Positions 44,023 to 53,453 of a DNA stretch of 64,000 nt are shown here, one piece after another. The notes beneath the pieces were generated by a model. It was not told the DNA's origin. It saw only the letters and a list, made by a program, of their open reading frames with translations, and searched no databases. Position 1 is the stretch's first letter, and every line of letters begins with the position of its first letter. Both the position numbers and the translations under genes were made by a program. The DNA comes from an uncultured bacterium (GTDB lineage Bacteria > Omnitrophota > Omnitrophia > Omnitrophales > Aquincolibacteriaceae), in assembly GCA_964434115.1 (NCBI GenBank), contig CAYSSX010000001.1, positions 165,855-229,854 of the forward strand, written 5' to 3'.

Positions 44023-46303
44023 AACTAAAATTTCCCCCATCCTCAAGGTTGGTATAACCCATGTCTTGGTTGGCTCCCGCTACAGTTTCGCCGATTCTGG
44101 GGGGAGAAAAGGACGAACGGGAACCGCTTTTTAAGTTGATTTGCGGATACTGCTTCATACGAAGCTGAAAAAAGATTTCTTTATTGGAGTCAGCAATTTG
44201 AGAATTGCGGACGTTGTAACCAAAATCAAAAAGCAGGCAGTACATGTCGCGCGTGGCCATGAGCTGCCACTCGTCGATCTGGGCGCCTTCGGCGTTCCAG
44301 CGGATGTACCCGCCCAGGTTCCAGTATTCATTCAGTTTGTAATGGCCGTCAAAAATGAACTGCGTGCTGCCCTCAATTTCCTGGTCCGGAATGTCCGTGA
44401 TATAGCGGTGCCCGAAAATAAGGTAAAGCTTGTCCGTCGCGTGAATGAGGAGGTCTTGATTAAACACGCTGAGTTCGGAGGTGAGAAAGTTGTATTCCGC
44501 GCGGACTTGAAATTGAAGCCAGTTGTAGGGGCGCAGTGTCAATTCCTGTTCAAGCGTTGTGAAAGAAGCGCCTTTTTCAACATTGTGGGGGTTTGGCGAA
44601 AAATTGAGAAAGGTGTTATAGCTCACGATGTCAACGCGATGGGTGCGGCCGTTAATGACCCTTTTGGTCTGCAGGCGGTTTTCCAGGCCCAAAGTCACAA
44701 CATCCGCGTCATCAATGGTGTCAATATGATCGAAGCGGTGCAGGGTTTCATCGCTGACGGTTGAACGCACGGCATTATACGCGAGAACGGGCTCCATCAC
44801 GTGACGGAGGCGGTTCACTTCAACGCCCCATTTGTCAAAAGTGGATTCGTAGGTCTTGTAATACTGATTGCGGATGTCAACCCCCGCGCCGCCGACCATG
44901 CGGAAAGTGTCATCGCCTTCGTCGCGCTGCCGGCTGTAATAGGTTCCCCGGCTGTTCACGTAGGGTGTGACTTTAAAATCATTCAGTTTGAACGGGTAGG
45001 AAATTTCACTCCAGTGGTCCGCGCGGTTCACATCTTCGCTGTAACGGCTCCGGCGAAGGGTCTTTTCAAGGTTTGCGTAGCTTGTCTCGTTTTCATAATA
45101 AAGCCCCTTGTTTCCAAGAGGCTGGTTCTTCCAGTTGACGCGCACTTCCGGAAGACGTTCCACCGTGGATTCAAAGCTGTTCATCTTCTTAGTGGCATGA
45201 ATAAGGGCACCGTAACGCTCCCCGTTTTTGGTCAGGGTCACAAAGGAGCTTGGTTCCACTTCGCTGCGGTGTTCTTTCTGAAAAAATTCCTGGAGGAAAT
45301 ATTCGTCGGCAAGCCTGTGATAGCGGAGCTGAATGTTGGAGTATTCATCCAGGTCTGTCCGGTGCCACCAGGACAAGCGTCCTCTGGCGCGGTCTTCTCT
45401 TTCGCTGAAAGGATCTTCCAGTCCTGGGCTGGGCGCGCGCTTATCCTGGGTCGCGTACCCTTTGATCAAACCGTGCCCGAATTTACCGAAATTGTAATTC
45501 AGGTCCGCTCCGCCGCCGAACCCGCGCCGGGCGCGCCAGTCAAAATGAAGTTTTCCATAAATATTCTTCGTGATGCTGAAGCCTTTGGAGGTTTCGATGT
45601 AGGCGCCGAATTCTGATTTGTAGCCGGCCGACACCTGCAAGGGGGCGTTCTTCTGCTGCAGCGGAATCACCAGGTAAGGCCACCAGAAAATCGGCTTTCC
45701 AAGCGAGTAAATCGTAACGTTCCGCGCCACCATTTTATCGTCTTGATGAATGGTGACTTTCTTGGCGTGGATTTCATACGGCGGGTTCTCCCCTTTACAT
45801 GTCGTGAAGGCCGTGTCGGTCGCGACGGAAGTCGTGGCGTTTTGTTTGTCAATTTGCTGGGCTTTACAATGCCAGGGGTAGGCGAGGATGGTCCCCTGCG
45901 GGAAACTGCCGGAGTCGGTATTGAAATCGTAATAAACGTCTTCACCCTTCGCGGTCGGCGTATCGCCGCTGAAAATAATGACGTGTCCGCGGGCATAGGC
46001 CTTTTTGGTTTCAGTTTCGACCTCGGCGTAGTCGGCCGTGATCTTCTGAGAACCGTAGGTGATGACAACGTTCCCCTTTGCCACCACTTTGTTTTCCTGT
46101 TTCAGGTATTCCAGTGTGTCGGCAACGGTTTCAACTTTCGGCTGCACTTCTTCAAACTTATCCTTTACAGGCAGTGCCCGGGCCGAAGAGGTTTCGGGAG
46201 GTTCATCCGCGAAGGCTGGAATGGAAAAGGATAAACTTGAAAGAATCAAAAAAACAAAAAACTCGGGGGAACGTTTCAAAAACCGAAAGAATGATAGTGT
46301 CAT
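44009..46303 (-). CDS. lptD: LPS-assembly outer membrane protein LptD (OstA family)
   Basis: 764 aa with a signal peptide, an N-terminal OstA-like domain and a large C-terminal beta-barrel-type region rich in Y/W/G alternation. Confidence 0.75.
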   Translation of the reverse strand: MTLSFFRFLKRSPEFFVFLILSSLSFSIPAFADEPPETSSARALPVKDKFEEVQPKVETVADTLEYLKQENKVVAKGNVVITYGSQKITADYAEVETETKKAYARGHVIIFSGDTPTAKGEDVYYDFNTDSGSFPQGTILAYPWHCKAQQIDKQNATTSVATDTAFTTCKGENPPYEIHAKKVTIHQDDKMVARNVTIYSLGKPIFWWPYLVIPLQQKNAPLQVSAGYKSEFGAYIETSKGFSITKNIYGKLHFDWRARRGFGGGADLNYNFGKFGHGLIKGYATQDKRAPSPGLEDPFSEREDRARGRLSWWHRTDLDEYSNIQLRYHRLADEYFLQEFFQKEHRSEVEPSSFVTLTKNGERYGALIHATKKMNSFESTVERLPEVRVNWKNQPLGNKGLYYENETSYANLEKTLRRSRYSEDVNRADHWSEISYPFKLNDFKVTPYVNSRGTYYSRQRDEGDDTFRMVGGAGVDIRNQYYKTYESTFDKWGVEVNRLRHVMEPVLAYNAVRSTVSDETLHRFDHIDTIDDADVVTLGLENRLQTKRVINGRTHRVDIVSYNTFLNFSPNPHNVEKGASFTTLEQELTLRPYNWLQFQVRAEYNFLTSELSVFNQDLLIHATDKLYLIFGHRYITDIPDQEIEGSTQFIFDGHYKLNEYWNLGGYIRWNAEGAQIDEWQLMATRDMYCLLFDFGYNVRNSQIADSNKEIFFQLRMKQYPQINLKSGSRSSFSPPRIGETVAGANQDMGYTNLEDGGNFSYGQY

Positions 46304-46315
46304 AACCTCTTCCGT

Positions 46316-47692
46316 TTACAAATCCTGGTAACGAACCACCCTGTTCCGGCCTTCTTCTTTGGCGCGGTACAGGGCGGCGTCAGCTTTGCTGATGAGTTCA
46401 TTTGATAGATTGAGTGTGTCGCCGCTTTTCTTATCCAAATCAGGACAATCTGCGGGAAACACGGAAACACCCACACTGGCTGTGACTTTGGTGTTCACGT
46501 CATAAACTTTGTAAATATGTCTCGCTATACTCGAGCGGATTCTTTCCGCAACTTCCAAGGCTCCGGCGGCACCGGTTTCGGGCATCGCCATAATAAATTC
46601 TTCCCCTCCAAAACGGGCCACAAGGTCTACTTTCCGGAGATTCGAACGAAGAATTCCCGCCACCTCACGCAGGGTTGCGTCCCCCACCAGGTGACCGAGT
46701 TCGTCATTATATCTTTTGAAGTGATCAATGTCTAACATTAATAATGCCAATGAGAAGCCGTGTTTTAGACTGCGCCGCAATTCATCTTCAAAGAGCACCA
46801 TAAAGTGGCGGCGTACGAAAACCTGGGTTAAATCATCAATGATTGACAGGGCTTTGACCGTGTCATAAAGGCGTATTTTTTTAATCTGAAGCACGAGGTG
46901 GGCAACCAGGACTTCGAATTTCGCTAAATCCGATACCTTGGCCCCAGAGACCGCCAAATAGGCCAGGGATTCCTGCTGAATGGTCAAATGAAACAGCCAT
47001 CGCGACTCCGAGACTTGAGGGAGGCGGTCTTTTTTGACCGAAAGGACGTCTTTTTTCTCCTGGTCCGTGAGCGGCCGTTCGGACTCCAGAACGCCGGATT
47101 CCTTGATCGCAAAAACGTGATGAGCGGAGTCTTCCGTGCTTCCGGCTCCGGAGGGTACGAGAAGCAGGTCCATTTCCTCAAAGGGAAGTTCCGGACGGAC
47201 TTTTTTATGCAAAGCCTCAGCGAGCGTGGAGTAGCTGAGGCATTCGCTGAAATCACGGGCAATTTCAAAAAGGTCCATCAGGCTGGCGGCCTGTTTTTCA
47301 AGGTGCTGCAAATTGTCAAGACGATGCTGGTGTTTGTGTTTGAGAATTTCCCAGTCCCGCAAAATCTCTTTATTTTTTTCACTTTCGAAAGCGACCTGGC
47401 TCTCCCATCTTTTATGATAAAAAATCAAAGAAGCAATCAATGCGAAATGGCCGGCGCATAAAAGCACCATTTCGGGTTCATAATCCCGGACGATATAAAA
47501 AAGTTCGGAGAGAAAAAACAGCGAGAGGCCGGAGAAGAAAAGTGTGCGGTTCCGTTCCAGATAAAAGTAGAACAATGGAAAAACAAGGAGCGACGAGAAA
47601 ACGTAATATGCCAGGTGCAGATCCCGCGTCTTGAAGTAGACCGCAGGCATCATAATAAGGAAGACCGCGAAGATCAGGTTTCGCTTGAGCAT
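46316..47692 (-). CDS. Membrane-anchored diguanylate cyclase (GGDEF domain)
   Basis: RFGGEEF active-site motif and DIDHFKRYND; N-terminal transmembrane helices. Confidence 0.85.
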   Translation of the reverse strand: MLKRNLIFAVFLIMMPAVYFKTRDLHLAYYVFSSLLVFPLFYFYLERNRTLFFSGLSLFFLSELFYIVRDYEPEMVLLCAGHFALIASLIFYHKRWESQVAFESEKNKEILRDWEILKHKHQHRLDNLQHLEKQAASLMDLFEIARDFSECLSYSTLAEALHKKVRPELPFEEMDLLLVPSGAGSTEDSAHHVFAIKESGVLESERPLTDQEKKDVLSVKKDRLPQVSESRWLFHLTIQQESLAYLAVSGAKVSDLAKFEVLVAHLVLQIKKIRLYDTVKALSIIDDLTQVFVRRHFMVLFEDELRRSLKHGFSLALLMLDIDHFKRYNDELGHLVGDATLREVAGILRSNLRKVDLVARFGGEEFIMAMPETGAAGALEVAERIRSSIARHIYKVYDVNTKVTASVGVSVFPADCPDLDKKSGDTLNLSNELISKADAALYRAKEEGRNRVVRYQDL

Positions 47693-49119
47693 ACCCGGTT
47701 CCTTCCCCCGCGCTTGGCTTTATACAGGGCTTCATCGGCTTTCTGGACGAGCATTTCCAGATCAAGGGTGTCCTGCGGCAGTGTTGCGACCCCGATGGAA
47801 ACGGTCATGGAAACCTGTTCGCGCCGGATCACGAAAGGTTTGCTTTCGACTTCTGAACGAACTCTTTCCGCGGTTCTTATAGCTTCCTCACGCGGACACT
47901 CCGGTAAAAGCACGGAAAATTCTTCACCGCCATAGCGCGCGACAACGGCATTGTCGCAGACCCCTTTAAGGATCTCCGAAAACCGCATCAGCATCAGATC
48001 GCCGCCGCCATGGCCGAAACGGTCATTGCATTCTTTAAAGTGATCAATGTCGCACATCAGCACCGAAAGCGGACGTTTGGTCAGAAGGGCCCGGCCGTGT
48101 TCTTGTTTAAGGCGGTCAAAGAAATAGCGTCTGACGTAAAGGCCCGTCAGGGAATCCTTGATCGCCAGCTCTTCGGTTTTCTCATAAAGCATGGCATTGG
48201 AAATAGCGGAAGAAGAAAGAGCCGCGATGGCGTCAATCAAGCGCAAGTCATCATTGGCGAACGTATTGGGCTCATGCGAGTTGACGCGGAGGGTTCCGAT
48301 GACGCGCCCTTCATGAAGCACCGGGGCAATGATCAAACTCCGGATGTCTTCCTGGCGCGCGGTTTCCGTGACGTCAAAGCGAAAGTCCTGGTGCGAGTCG
48401 GAAACGATAAAGCGCTTCCGGTTTTTGATGGACCACTGGTCAAAGAGATCGCCTTGTTTGGCCGCCGAGGCGGTCGTGTTTCGATGGCTCTTTTTGGAGG
48501 CCACCACGGACAGGTTCTTCCCCTCCGGATCGGCGAGGCTGAGCAGCGTGATGTCGCCGCGGGGAATAAAGTCATTAGTTCTTTCAGCCACCATTTTCCC
48601 CAGTTCACTCACCGACATGGTGGTCGCGAGTTCCTCGGCAAGCTTTCTGAGGTTGTAGTAGGTAGAGTATTTTTCGAAAAGAATACTGATCCCCTCGCCT
48701 TTGACTTTATAGGAAACCTCGAGGTCGTTTCTTTCGTTTTGAAATTTTTCGCGGTCCACCAGAAAATCCGCGATCCTGTTTTCAAAGCTTTCATCCATGC
48801 GGTAAAGCAGCAGGCACAAAATGGCGTAGGCCCCGAGAAACCAGACCACGACCGGGGATTCGGCAACGCCGTAAACAAAAAAGACGAGGATCGCGGCAAA
48901 GGATGCGAAGAGTCCCCCGCCGATAATCCGGAAAGCGATCCAGCCGCCGACAATGGGAAAGAAAAAACCGGAAAGGGCAAGAAAACAGCGCCTGAGATAA
49001 ACTTCGGGAATCAGGGTGTTTTCAAGCGCAGAAAGGGCGTGGATGATTTGATGCGTGAGAATAAAAGACAGAATGACAGATAGGACAAGACTAACGTGAC
49101 GACGGGTTGTTGAACCCAT
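47674..49119 (-). CDS. Diguanylate cyclase with N-terminal transmembrane helices and a GAF-like sensor domain (GGDEF)
   Basis: RYGGEEF and DIDHFKECND. A GAF-like region (LIIAPVLHEGRVIGTLRVNS) is present. Confidence 0.85.
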   Translation of the reverse strand: MGSTTRRHVSLVLSVILSFILTHQIIHALSALENTLIPEVYLRRCFLALSGFFFPIVGGWIAFRIIGGGLFASFAAILVFFVYGVAESPVVVWFLGAYAILCLLLYRMDESFENRIADFLVDREKFQNERNDLEVSYKVKGEGISILFEKYSTYYNLRKLAEELATTMSVSELGKMVAERTNDFIPRGDITLLSLADPEGKNLSVVASKKSHRNTTASAAKQGDLFDQWSIKNRKRFIVSDSHQDFRFDVTETARQEDIRSLIIAPVLHEGRVIGTLRVNSHEPNTFANDDLRLIDAIAALSSSAISNAMLYEKTEELAIKDSLTGLYVRRYFFDRLKQEHGRALLTKRPLSVLMCDIDHFKECNDRFGHGGGDLMLMRFSEILKGVCDNAVVARYGGEEFSVLLPECPREEAIRTAERVRSEVESKPFVIRREQVSMTVSIGVATLPQDTLDLEMLVQKADEALYKAKRGGRNRVCSSET

Positions 49120-49126
49120 AGTCCTC

Positions 49127-50230
49127 TCAGACGATGGCTTTATCCGTTACAGGATCGAAGAAATGAGCTTTGCTCATGTCGAATACAACCTGAAGATCCT
49201 GATTCACGGCAGCCGTATCCTGGTTAGAAACCCGTGCCACAAAACTGTTCCGTCCCACATTGAGGTAGAGATAAATTTCTGACCCCATGGGTTCCACCAC
49301 GTCAACAGTTCCCGTGATGGTGAACTCAGGACGGGCGTCCTGGGCGAAAATTTTGTCGTAGATGTCTTCAGGGCGGATTCCCAAGATAACTTCCTTGTCT
49401 TTGTAAGGAGCAATTCTCGGGTAAGACTGCGGCAGCATGCGAAGCTTGATTCCCTTGTCCTGAAAAAAGTATTCCGCCTGCTCCTTCACCACCTTCCCCT
49501 GAAGGAAGTTCATGGGAGGCGAGCCGATAAATCCCGCCACAAAACGGCTCGCGGGGTTTTCATACAGGTTGACGGGATCCGCCACCTGAAGAATATGGCC
49601 GCCGCGCATAACCACAATGCGGTCCCCCAGCGTCAGGGCTTCCACTTGATCGTGGGTCACATAAATCATGGTGCACTGAAGGCGGTTGTGAAGTTTGTGG
49701 ATTTCTTTTCTCATTTGGATGCGGAGTTTCGCATCCAGGTTGCTCAAAGGTTCATCAAAAAGAAAGACTTTCGGCTTGCGCACAATCGCACGTCCTACGG
49801 CCACGCGCTGGCGTTCACCGCCGGAGAGTTCTTTGGGCTTGCGCTTCAGCATATCCGTCAGGCCGAGAATTTCCGCAGCTTCCATCACGCGGCGTTCGAT
49901 TTCTTTGCTGGGGTACTTGCGGAGTTTCAAGGCAAAAGCGAGATTTTCATAAACCGACATATGCGGATAAAGGGCGTAATTTTGAAAAACCATGGCGATG
50001 TCCCTGTTTTTGGCGGGCACATCATTGACCAAATTGCCGTCGATGTAAATTTCTCCGGAGGAGATTTCTTCAAGACCGGCGATCATACGCAGGGTCGTCG
50101 ATTTTCCGCAGCCGGAAGGACCCACAAAAACCATAAATTCCTTGTCTTTAATTTCAAGGCTGACCTTGTCCACGGCCGGCGCATTATTGCCGTAAACTTT
50201 CGAGAGATTTTTCAATACTACGGTTGCCAA
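49127..50230 (-). CDS. ABC transporter ATP-binding protein, MalK/UgpC/MsmK sugar-importer type
   Basis: Walker A GPSGCGKST, the LSGGERQRVA signature and a C-terminal TOBE domain. The likely start is the TTG at about 50230, preceded by GGAGA. No permease gene is present in the window. Confidence 0.85.
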   Translation of the reverse strand: MATVVLKNLSKVYGNNAPAVDKVSLEIKDKEFMVFVGPSGCGKSTTLRMIAGLEEISSGEIYIDGNLVNDVPAKNRDIAMVFQNYALYPHMSVYENLAFALKLRKYPSKEIERRVMEAAEILGLTDMLKRKPKELSGGERQRVAVGRAIVRKPKVFLFDEPLSNLDAKLRIQMRKEIHKLHNRLQCTMIYVTHDQVEALTLGDRIVVMRGGHILQVADPVNLYENPASRFVAGFIGSPPMNFLQGKVVKEQAEYFFQDKGIKLRMLPQSYPRIAPYKDKEVILGIRPEDIYDKIFAQDARPEFTITGTVDVVEPMGSEIYLYLNVGRNSFVARVSNQDTAAVNQDLQVVFDMSKAHFFDPVTDKAIV

Positions 50231-50253
50231 AGGAATTCTCCTTTTTTGTGAAG

Positions 50254-51120
50254 TTACAGCACGGACTCGAGGATTTTCTGCAAACAATCCTTCAGGTCTT
50301 TTCGCGGCACAACTTTGTCAATCATGCCATGCTGGAGTAGAAATTCGGAAGTTTGAAAATCCGCTGGAAGTTTCTGGCGGATCGTTTGCTCGATGACACG
50401 GGGGCCGGCAAAACCGATCAAGGCTTTAGGTTCCGCAAGAATAATATCCCCTAAGGAAGAAAAGCTCGCCATCACACCGCCCATGGTCGGGTTGGTTAAA
50501 ATGGAAATGTACGGCCGGTGTCCTCTTTGATAACGCGCAAGGGCCACAGAGGTTTTGGCCATCTGCATGAGGCTGAGTGCGCCTTCATACATACGTGCCC
50601 CGCCGCCGGAACCCGAAATGATGATCAGCGGAAGTTTTTTTTCAGCGGCCAGCTCCACGAGTCGCGTCAGTTTTTCACCCACCACCGAACCCATGGACCC
50701 CATGATGAAACGCGAGTCCGTGACGCCGAAAGCAACGTTCATGCCCGCGATTTTACCTTCACCGGTGACACAGGCCTCTTTAAGACCGGTCTTTTTCTGG
50801 TCCTGCTTCAGCTTTTCAAAATAGGATTTTGTTCCTTCGAAGCCCAGCGGGTCCAGGGACGCAAGGTCAGCATTTATTTCTTTAAAAGATTTGGGATCCA
50901 GAACATGCTGAATACGGTCCTGGGCGCCCATGATGAAATGGTATTCGCATTTCTGGCAAACCAGGAGATTTTCTCTAAGGGATTTATTGAACATCACATT
51001 CTGGCAGGCCGGACACTTGGTCCAGAGCCCCGCAGGGATGCTCTTCTTTTTAAGGCCGCTTGTGACTGGAGGCGCTGGCGCTTCTACGTTCATATCCCGT
51101 TTTGGTTCTTCTGCGGCCAT
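50254..51120 (-). CDS. accD: Acetyl-CoA carboxylase carboxyltransferase beta subunit
   Basis: N-terminal zinc ribbon (CPACQ...CQKCEYH) and a carboxyltransferase domain. Confidence 0.9.
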   Translation of the reverse strand: MAAEEPKRDMNVEAPAPPVTSGLKKKSIPAGLWTKCPACQNVMFNKSLRENLLVCQKCEYHFIMGAQDRIQHVLDPKSFKEINADLASLDPLGFEGTKSYFEKLKQDQKKTGLKEACVTGEGKIAGMNVAFGVTDSRFIMGSMGSVVGEKLTRLVELAAEKKLPLIIISGSGGGARMYEGALSLMQMAKTSVALARYQRGHRPYISILTNPTMGGVMASFSSLGDIILAEPKALIGFAGPRVIEQTIRQKLPADFQTSEFLLQHGMIDKVVPRKDLKDCLQKILESVL

Positions 51121-51248
51121 GGTTTCTTTCTAGGTTCGGGCCGGCTTGGTCGGCGAATCGCGTGATTGGATGCCTGAAAAAATCGTTGCATTATAAAAAA
51201 ACACATGCGGCAGTGTCAATCTCTTTCTAACCATTGGTTGTGGAAGCC

Positions 51249-51277
51249 TTTACAACAAAAATGATTCATGGTATGGT
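51249..51277 (+). promoter_or_regulatory. Putative sigma70 promoter of rpoN (TTTACA-N17-TATGGT), predicting a near-leaderless transcript
   Basis: -35 at 51249-51254 and -10 at 51272-51277. The ATG at 51284 lies about 7 nt downstream, with no Shine-Dalgarno motif. Confidence 0.3.
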
Positions 51278-51283
51278 TTTTGT

Positions 51284-52738
51284 ATGGAACAGAGGCAATT
51301 TCAACATCAAACTCAAAAGCTCATCCTATCACCTCAGATCCGCCAATACCTAAGGCTTTTGCAAATGCCTATCGCGGAACTTTCTCAGGCGGTGGAAGCG
51401 GAAATGGTTGAGAACCCGCTTCTCGAGGAACAGGTCCGGGACGAAATGGAAGAAGCCGGGCTGGAGAGTGATGTTCCCGTTGTGGATCTTCCCAAGCCGG
51501 CCACGGATGAAGTGCGTCCGGGAGAGAGCTTTGAAGCCCTTCCTGATTGGGACAACGCGGATGACAGTTACGGGACATACTCCGCCGGTCCCACCCACTC
51601 GGATGATATTGATGACGCGCAAAGGAACAAAGACTACCAGCAGGGACTTTTAACAAAGCCTGAAGCCCTCTCCGACTACCTTTGCTGGCAGATCCGCTTC
51701 CTGGATTTAACGGCGGAAGAAAAAAACATCGCCGAAGAAATCGTCGGCAATCTGGATGAACAGGGTTTTTTGAAAGCCGAGCTTTCCGAAATCGCCCAGG
51801 CGTGTAAAACCACGGAAGAAAACGTTGCCAGGATTCTGGAACGGGTCCAGCAGCTGGAGCCTCCCGGGATCGGCGCCCGGACCCTTCAGGAAGCACTTCT
51901 TCTCCAGCTTGCCCGCAAAAGTGATCCTGAAACCGAGACCGCACGCACGATTATCCGCGACCATCTTCCCCTTTTAGAAAAACGCGACTGGAATCAGCTT
52001 TCGAAGCTCCTGATGTGCGATGTTGAGAAAATCCGCAAAGCCGCGGACCTGATCATGCGCCTGGAACCCCGGCCCGGCCGGAGCTTTTACGCGGAAGAAG
52101 CCATTGCCGTCACTCCGGATGCCATTGTCACCTTAAATGAGAACAATTCTCCGCGTCTGAAAGTTGAAATTGTGAACGAAAAAATTCCGGAACTCCGGAT
52201 CAATTCCTATTACCGGAATATGCTCCGGAAAAAGGATCTGGATGAAAAGACACGGCTTTTTCTCAAAGAGAAACTTCAAGGCGCGCTTGATTTCATTAAA
52301 GCCGTCCAGCAGCGCAAGTCCACCCTGCATGGGATCACGGATGAACTCGTCAAGGAGCAGGCGGAGTTTTTCGAAAAAGGCTTCTCTCATTTAAAACCGC
52401 TCCGGCTGAAGGACATTGCCCAAAATATGGGGATTCATGAGTCGACGGTAAGCCGCGCGATCAGCGGCAAGCATATTCAAACGCCTCAGGGCACCATTCC
52501 CTACCGGAGTTTTTTCTCTTCTAAACTTGAAACGACCTCCGGCGAAGCGGAGTCCCAGAAAAGCATTATGTCTAAAATCAAGAACCTCATCTCCCAGGAA
52601 GATCCCGCCAATCCGATGAGTGATCAGGACATTGTGGAAAAAATGAAAACAGACGGAATTCAGATTGCCCGCCGCACGGTCGCCAAGTACAGGGATTTGC
52701 TCAAAGTACTCCCCTCGCACCTCCGCCGGAAACGTTAA
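51284..52738 (+). CDS. rpoN: RNA polymerase sigma-54 factor
   Basis: The N-terminal Gln/Leu-rich region I (LILSPQIRQYLRLLQMP) and the C-terminal RpoN box (ARRTVAKYR). Confidence 0.9.
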   Translation: MEQRQFQHQTQKLILSPQIRQYLRLLQMPIAELSQAVEAEMVENPLLEEQVRDEMEEAGLESDVPVVDLPKPATDEVRPGESFEALPDWDNADDSYGTYSAGPTHSDDIDDAQRNKDYQQGLLTKPEALSDYLCWQIRFLDLTAEEKNIAEEIVGNLDEQGFLKAELSEIAQACKTTEENVARILERVQQLEPPGIGARTLQEALLLQLARKSDPETETARTIIRDHLPLLEKRDWNQLSKLLMCDVEKIRKAADLIMRLEPRPGRSFYAEEAIAVTPDAIVTLNENNSPRLKVEIVNEKIPELRINSYYRNMLRKKDLDEKTRLFLKEKLQGALDFIKAVQQRKSTLHGITDELVKEQAEFFEKGFSHLKPLRLKDIAQNMGIHESTVSRAISGKHIQTPQGTIPYRSFFSSKLETTSGEAESQKSIMSKIKNLISQEDPANPMSDQDIVEKMKTDGIQIARRTVAKYRDLLKVLPSHLRRKR

Positions 52739-52761
52739 GCACAACTTTCGAAAGGTCTCTG

Positions 52762-53319
52762 ATGGCTAAAAAAGAATCGTACCGCGTCAAAAGCCGCAAG
52801 GTTGTTTTTTCAAAAGGCCCCATTCACCTTGTGGACTGCGAAGTGAGGCTGGCTTCCGGACGGATTCTCTCCCGCCAGATCATCGAGCATCCGGGGTCGG
52901 TGGTTATTATCCCGCGCTTTGAGGACGGCCGGTTTGGGCTGATTCGTCAATTCCGCTTTGCGGCCCGCCAGAACCTCTGGGAATTTCCTGCCGGAGGGAT
53001 TGAGCCCGGGGAAAACCTTCGTCAGGCCGCGGCCCGTGAACTTTCTGAAGAAATCGGACAGCATCCGCGAAAACTCCGCAAGCTTTTGGGGTTCTTCCCT
53101 TCGCCCGGCGTTTCCGGAGAAGTGATGCACCTCTTCCTTGCGGAATCGATGATTCCAAGGCAGGGCATTCAGGACGAGGATGAGGAAATCGAACTCCGTC
53201 TTTTCAGCGCCAAAGAGATCCTTTCCCAGATTCGGCGAGGAAAAATCATCGACGCCAAAACAATTCTCGGCATTTATTATCTTCAAGGACTGGGGATGCT
53301 TGGCTCAGGTAAGAAATAA
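52762..53319 (+). CDS. NUDIX hydrolase (ADP-ribose pyrophosphatase-like)
   Basis: Nudix box GGIEPGENLRQAAARELSEEIG. Confidence 0.8.
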   Translation: MAKKESYRVKSRKVVFSKGPIHLVDCEVRLASGRILSRQIIEHPGSVVIIPRFEDGRFGLIRQFRFAARQNLWEFPAGGIEPGENLRQAAARELSEEIGQHPRKLRKLLGFFPSPGVSGEVMHLFLAESMIPRQGIQDEDEEIELRLFSAKEILSQIRRGKIIDAKTILGIYYLQGLGMLGSGKK

Positions 53320-53322
53320 CGC

Positions 53323-53350
53323 TTGGATGAAGTTCGAGGTTTGTTATAAT
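53323..53350 (+). promoter_or_regulatory. Strong sigma70-like promoter upstream of tRNA-Thr (TTGGAT-N16-TATAAT)
   Basis: -35 TTGGAT at 53323-53328 and a perfect -10 TATAAT at 53345-53350, about 25 nt upstream of the tRNA 5' end. Confidence 0.5.
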
Positions 53351-53375
53351 ACGCGTCTTCTGAACAGCTTCTTTT

Positions 53376-53451
<76 letters not shown>

Positions 53452-53453
53452 TA

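Noticed and set aside
44009-46303. Mobile element or integrase content that would mark the glycan cluster as a horizontally acquired island
   Set aside because: No transposase, integrase, IS inverted repeats or phage genes were recognised anywhere in the window. The only att-like signature is the tRNA-Gly repeat, which is 10 kb from the cluster and lacks cargo.
51121-51283. Sigma-54 (-24/-12, TGGCAC-N5-TTGC) promoters near rpoN, accD and the diguanylate cyclase operons
   Set aside because: I scanned the intergenic regions 51121-51283, 55010-55146 and 46304-46315 on both strands by eye. No GG-N10-GC element with appropriate flanks was found. The TTGCAT at about 51186 lacks a correctly spaced TGG.
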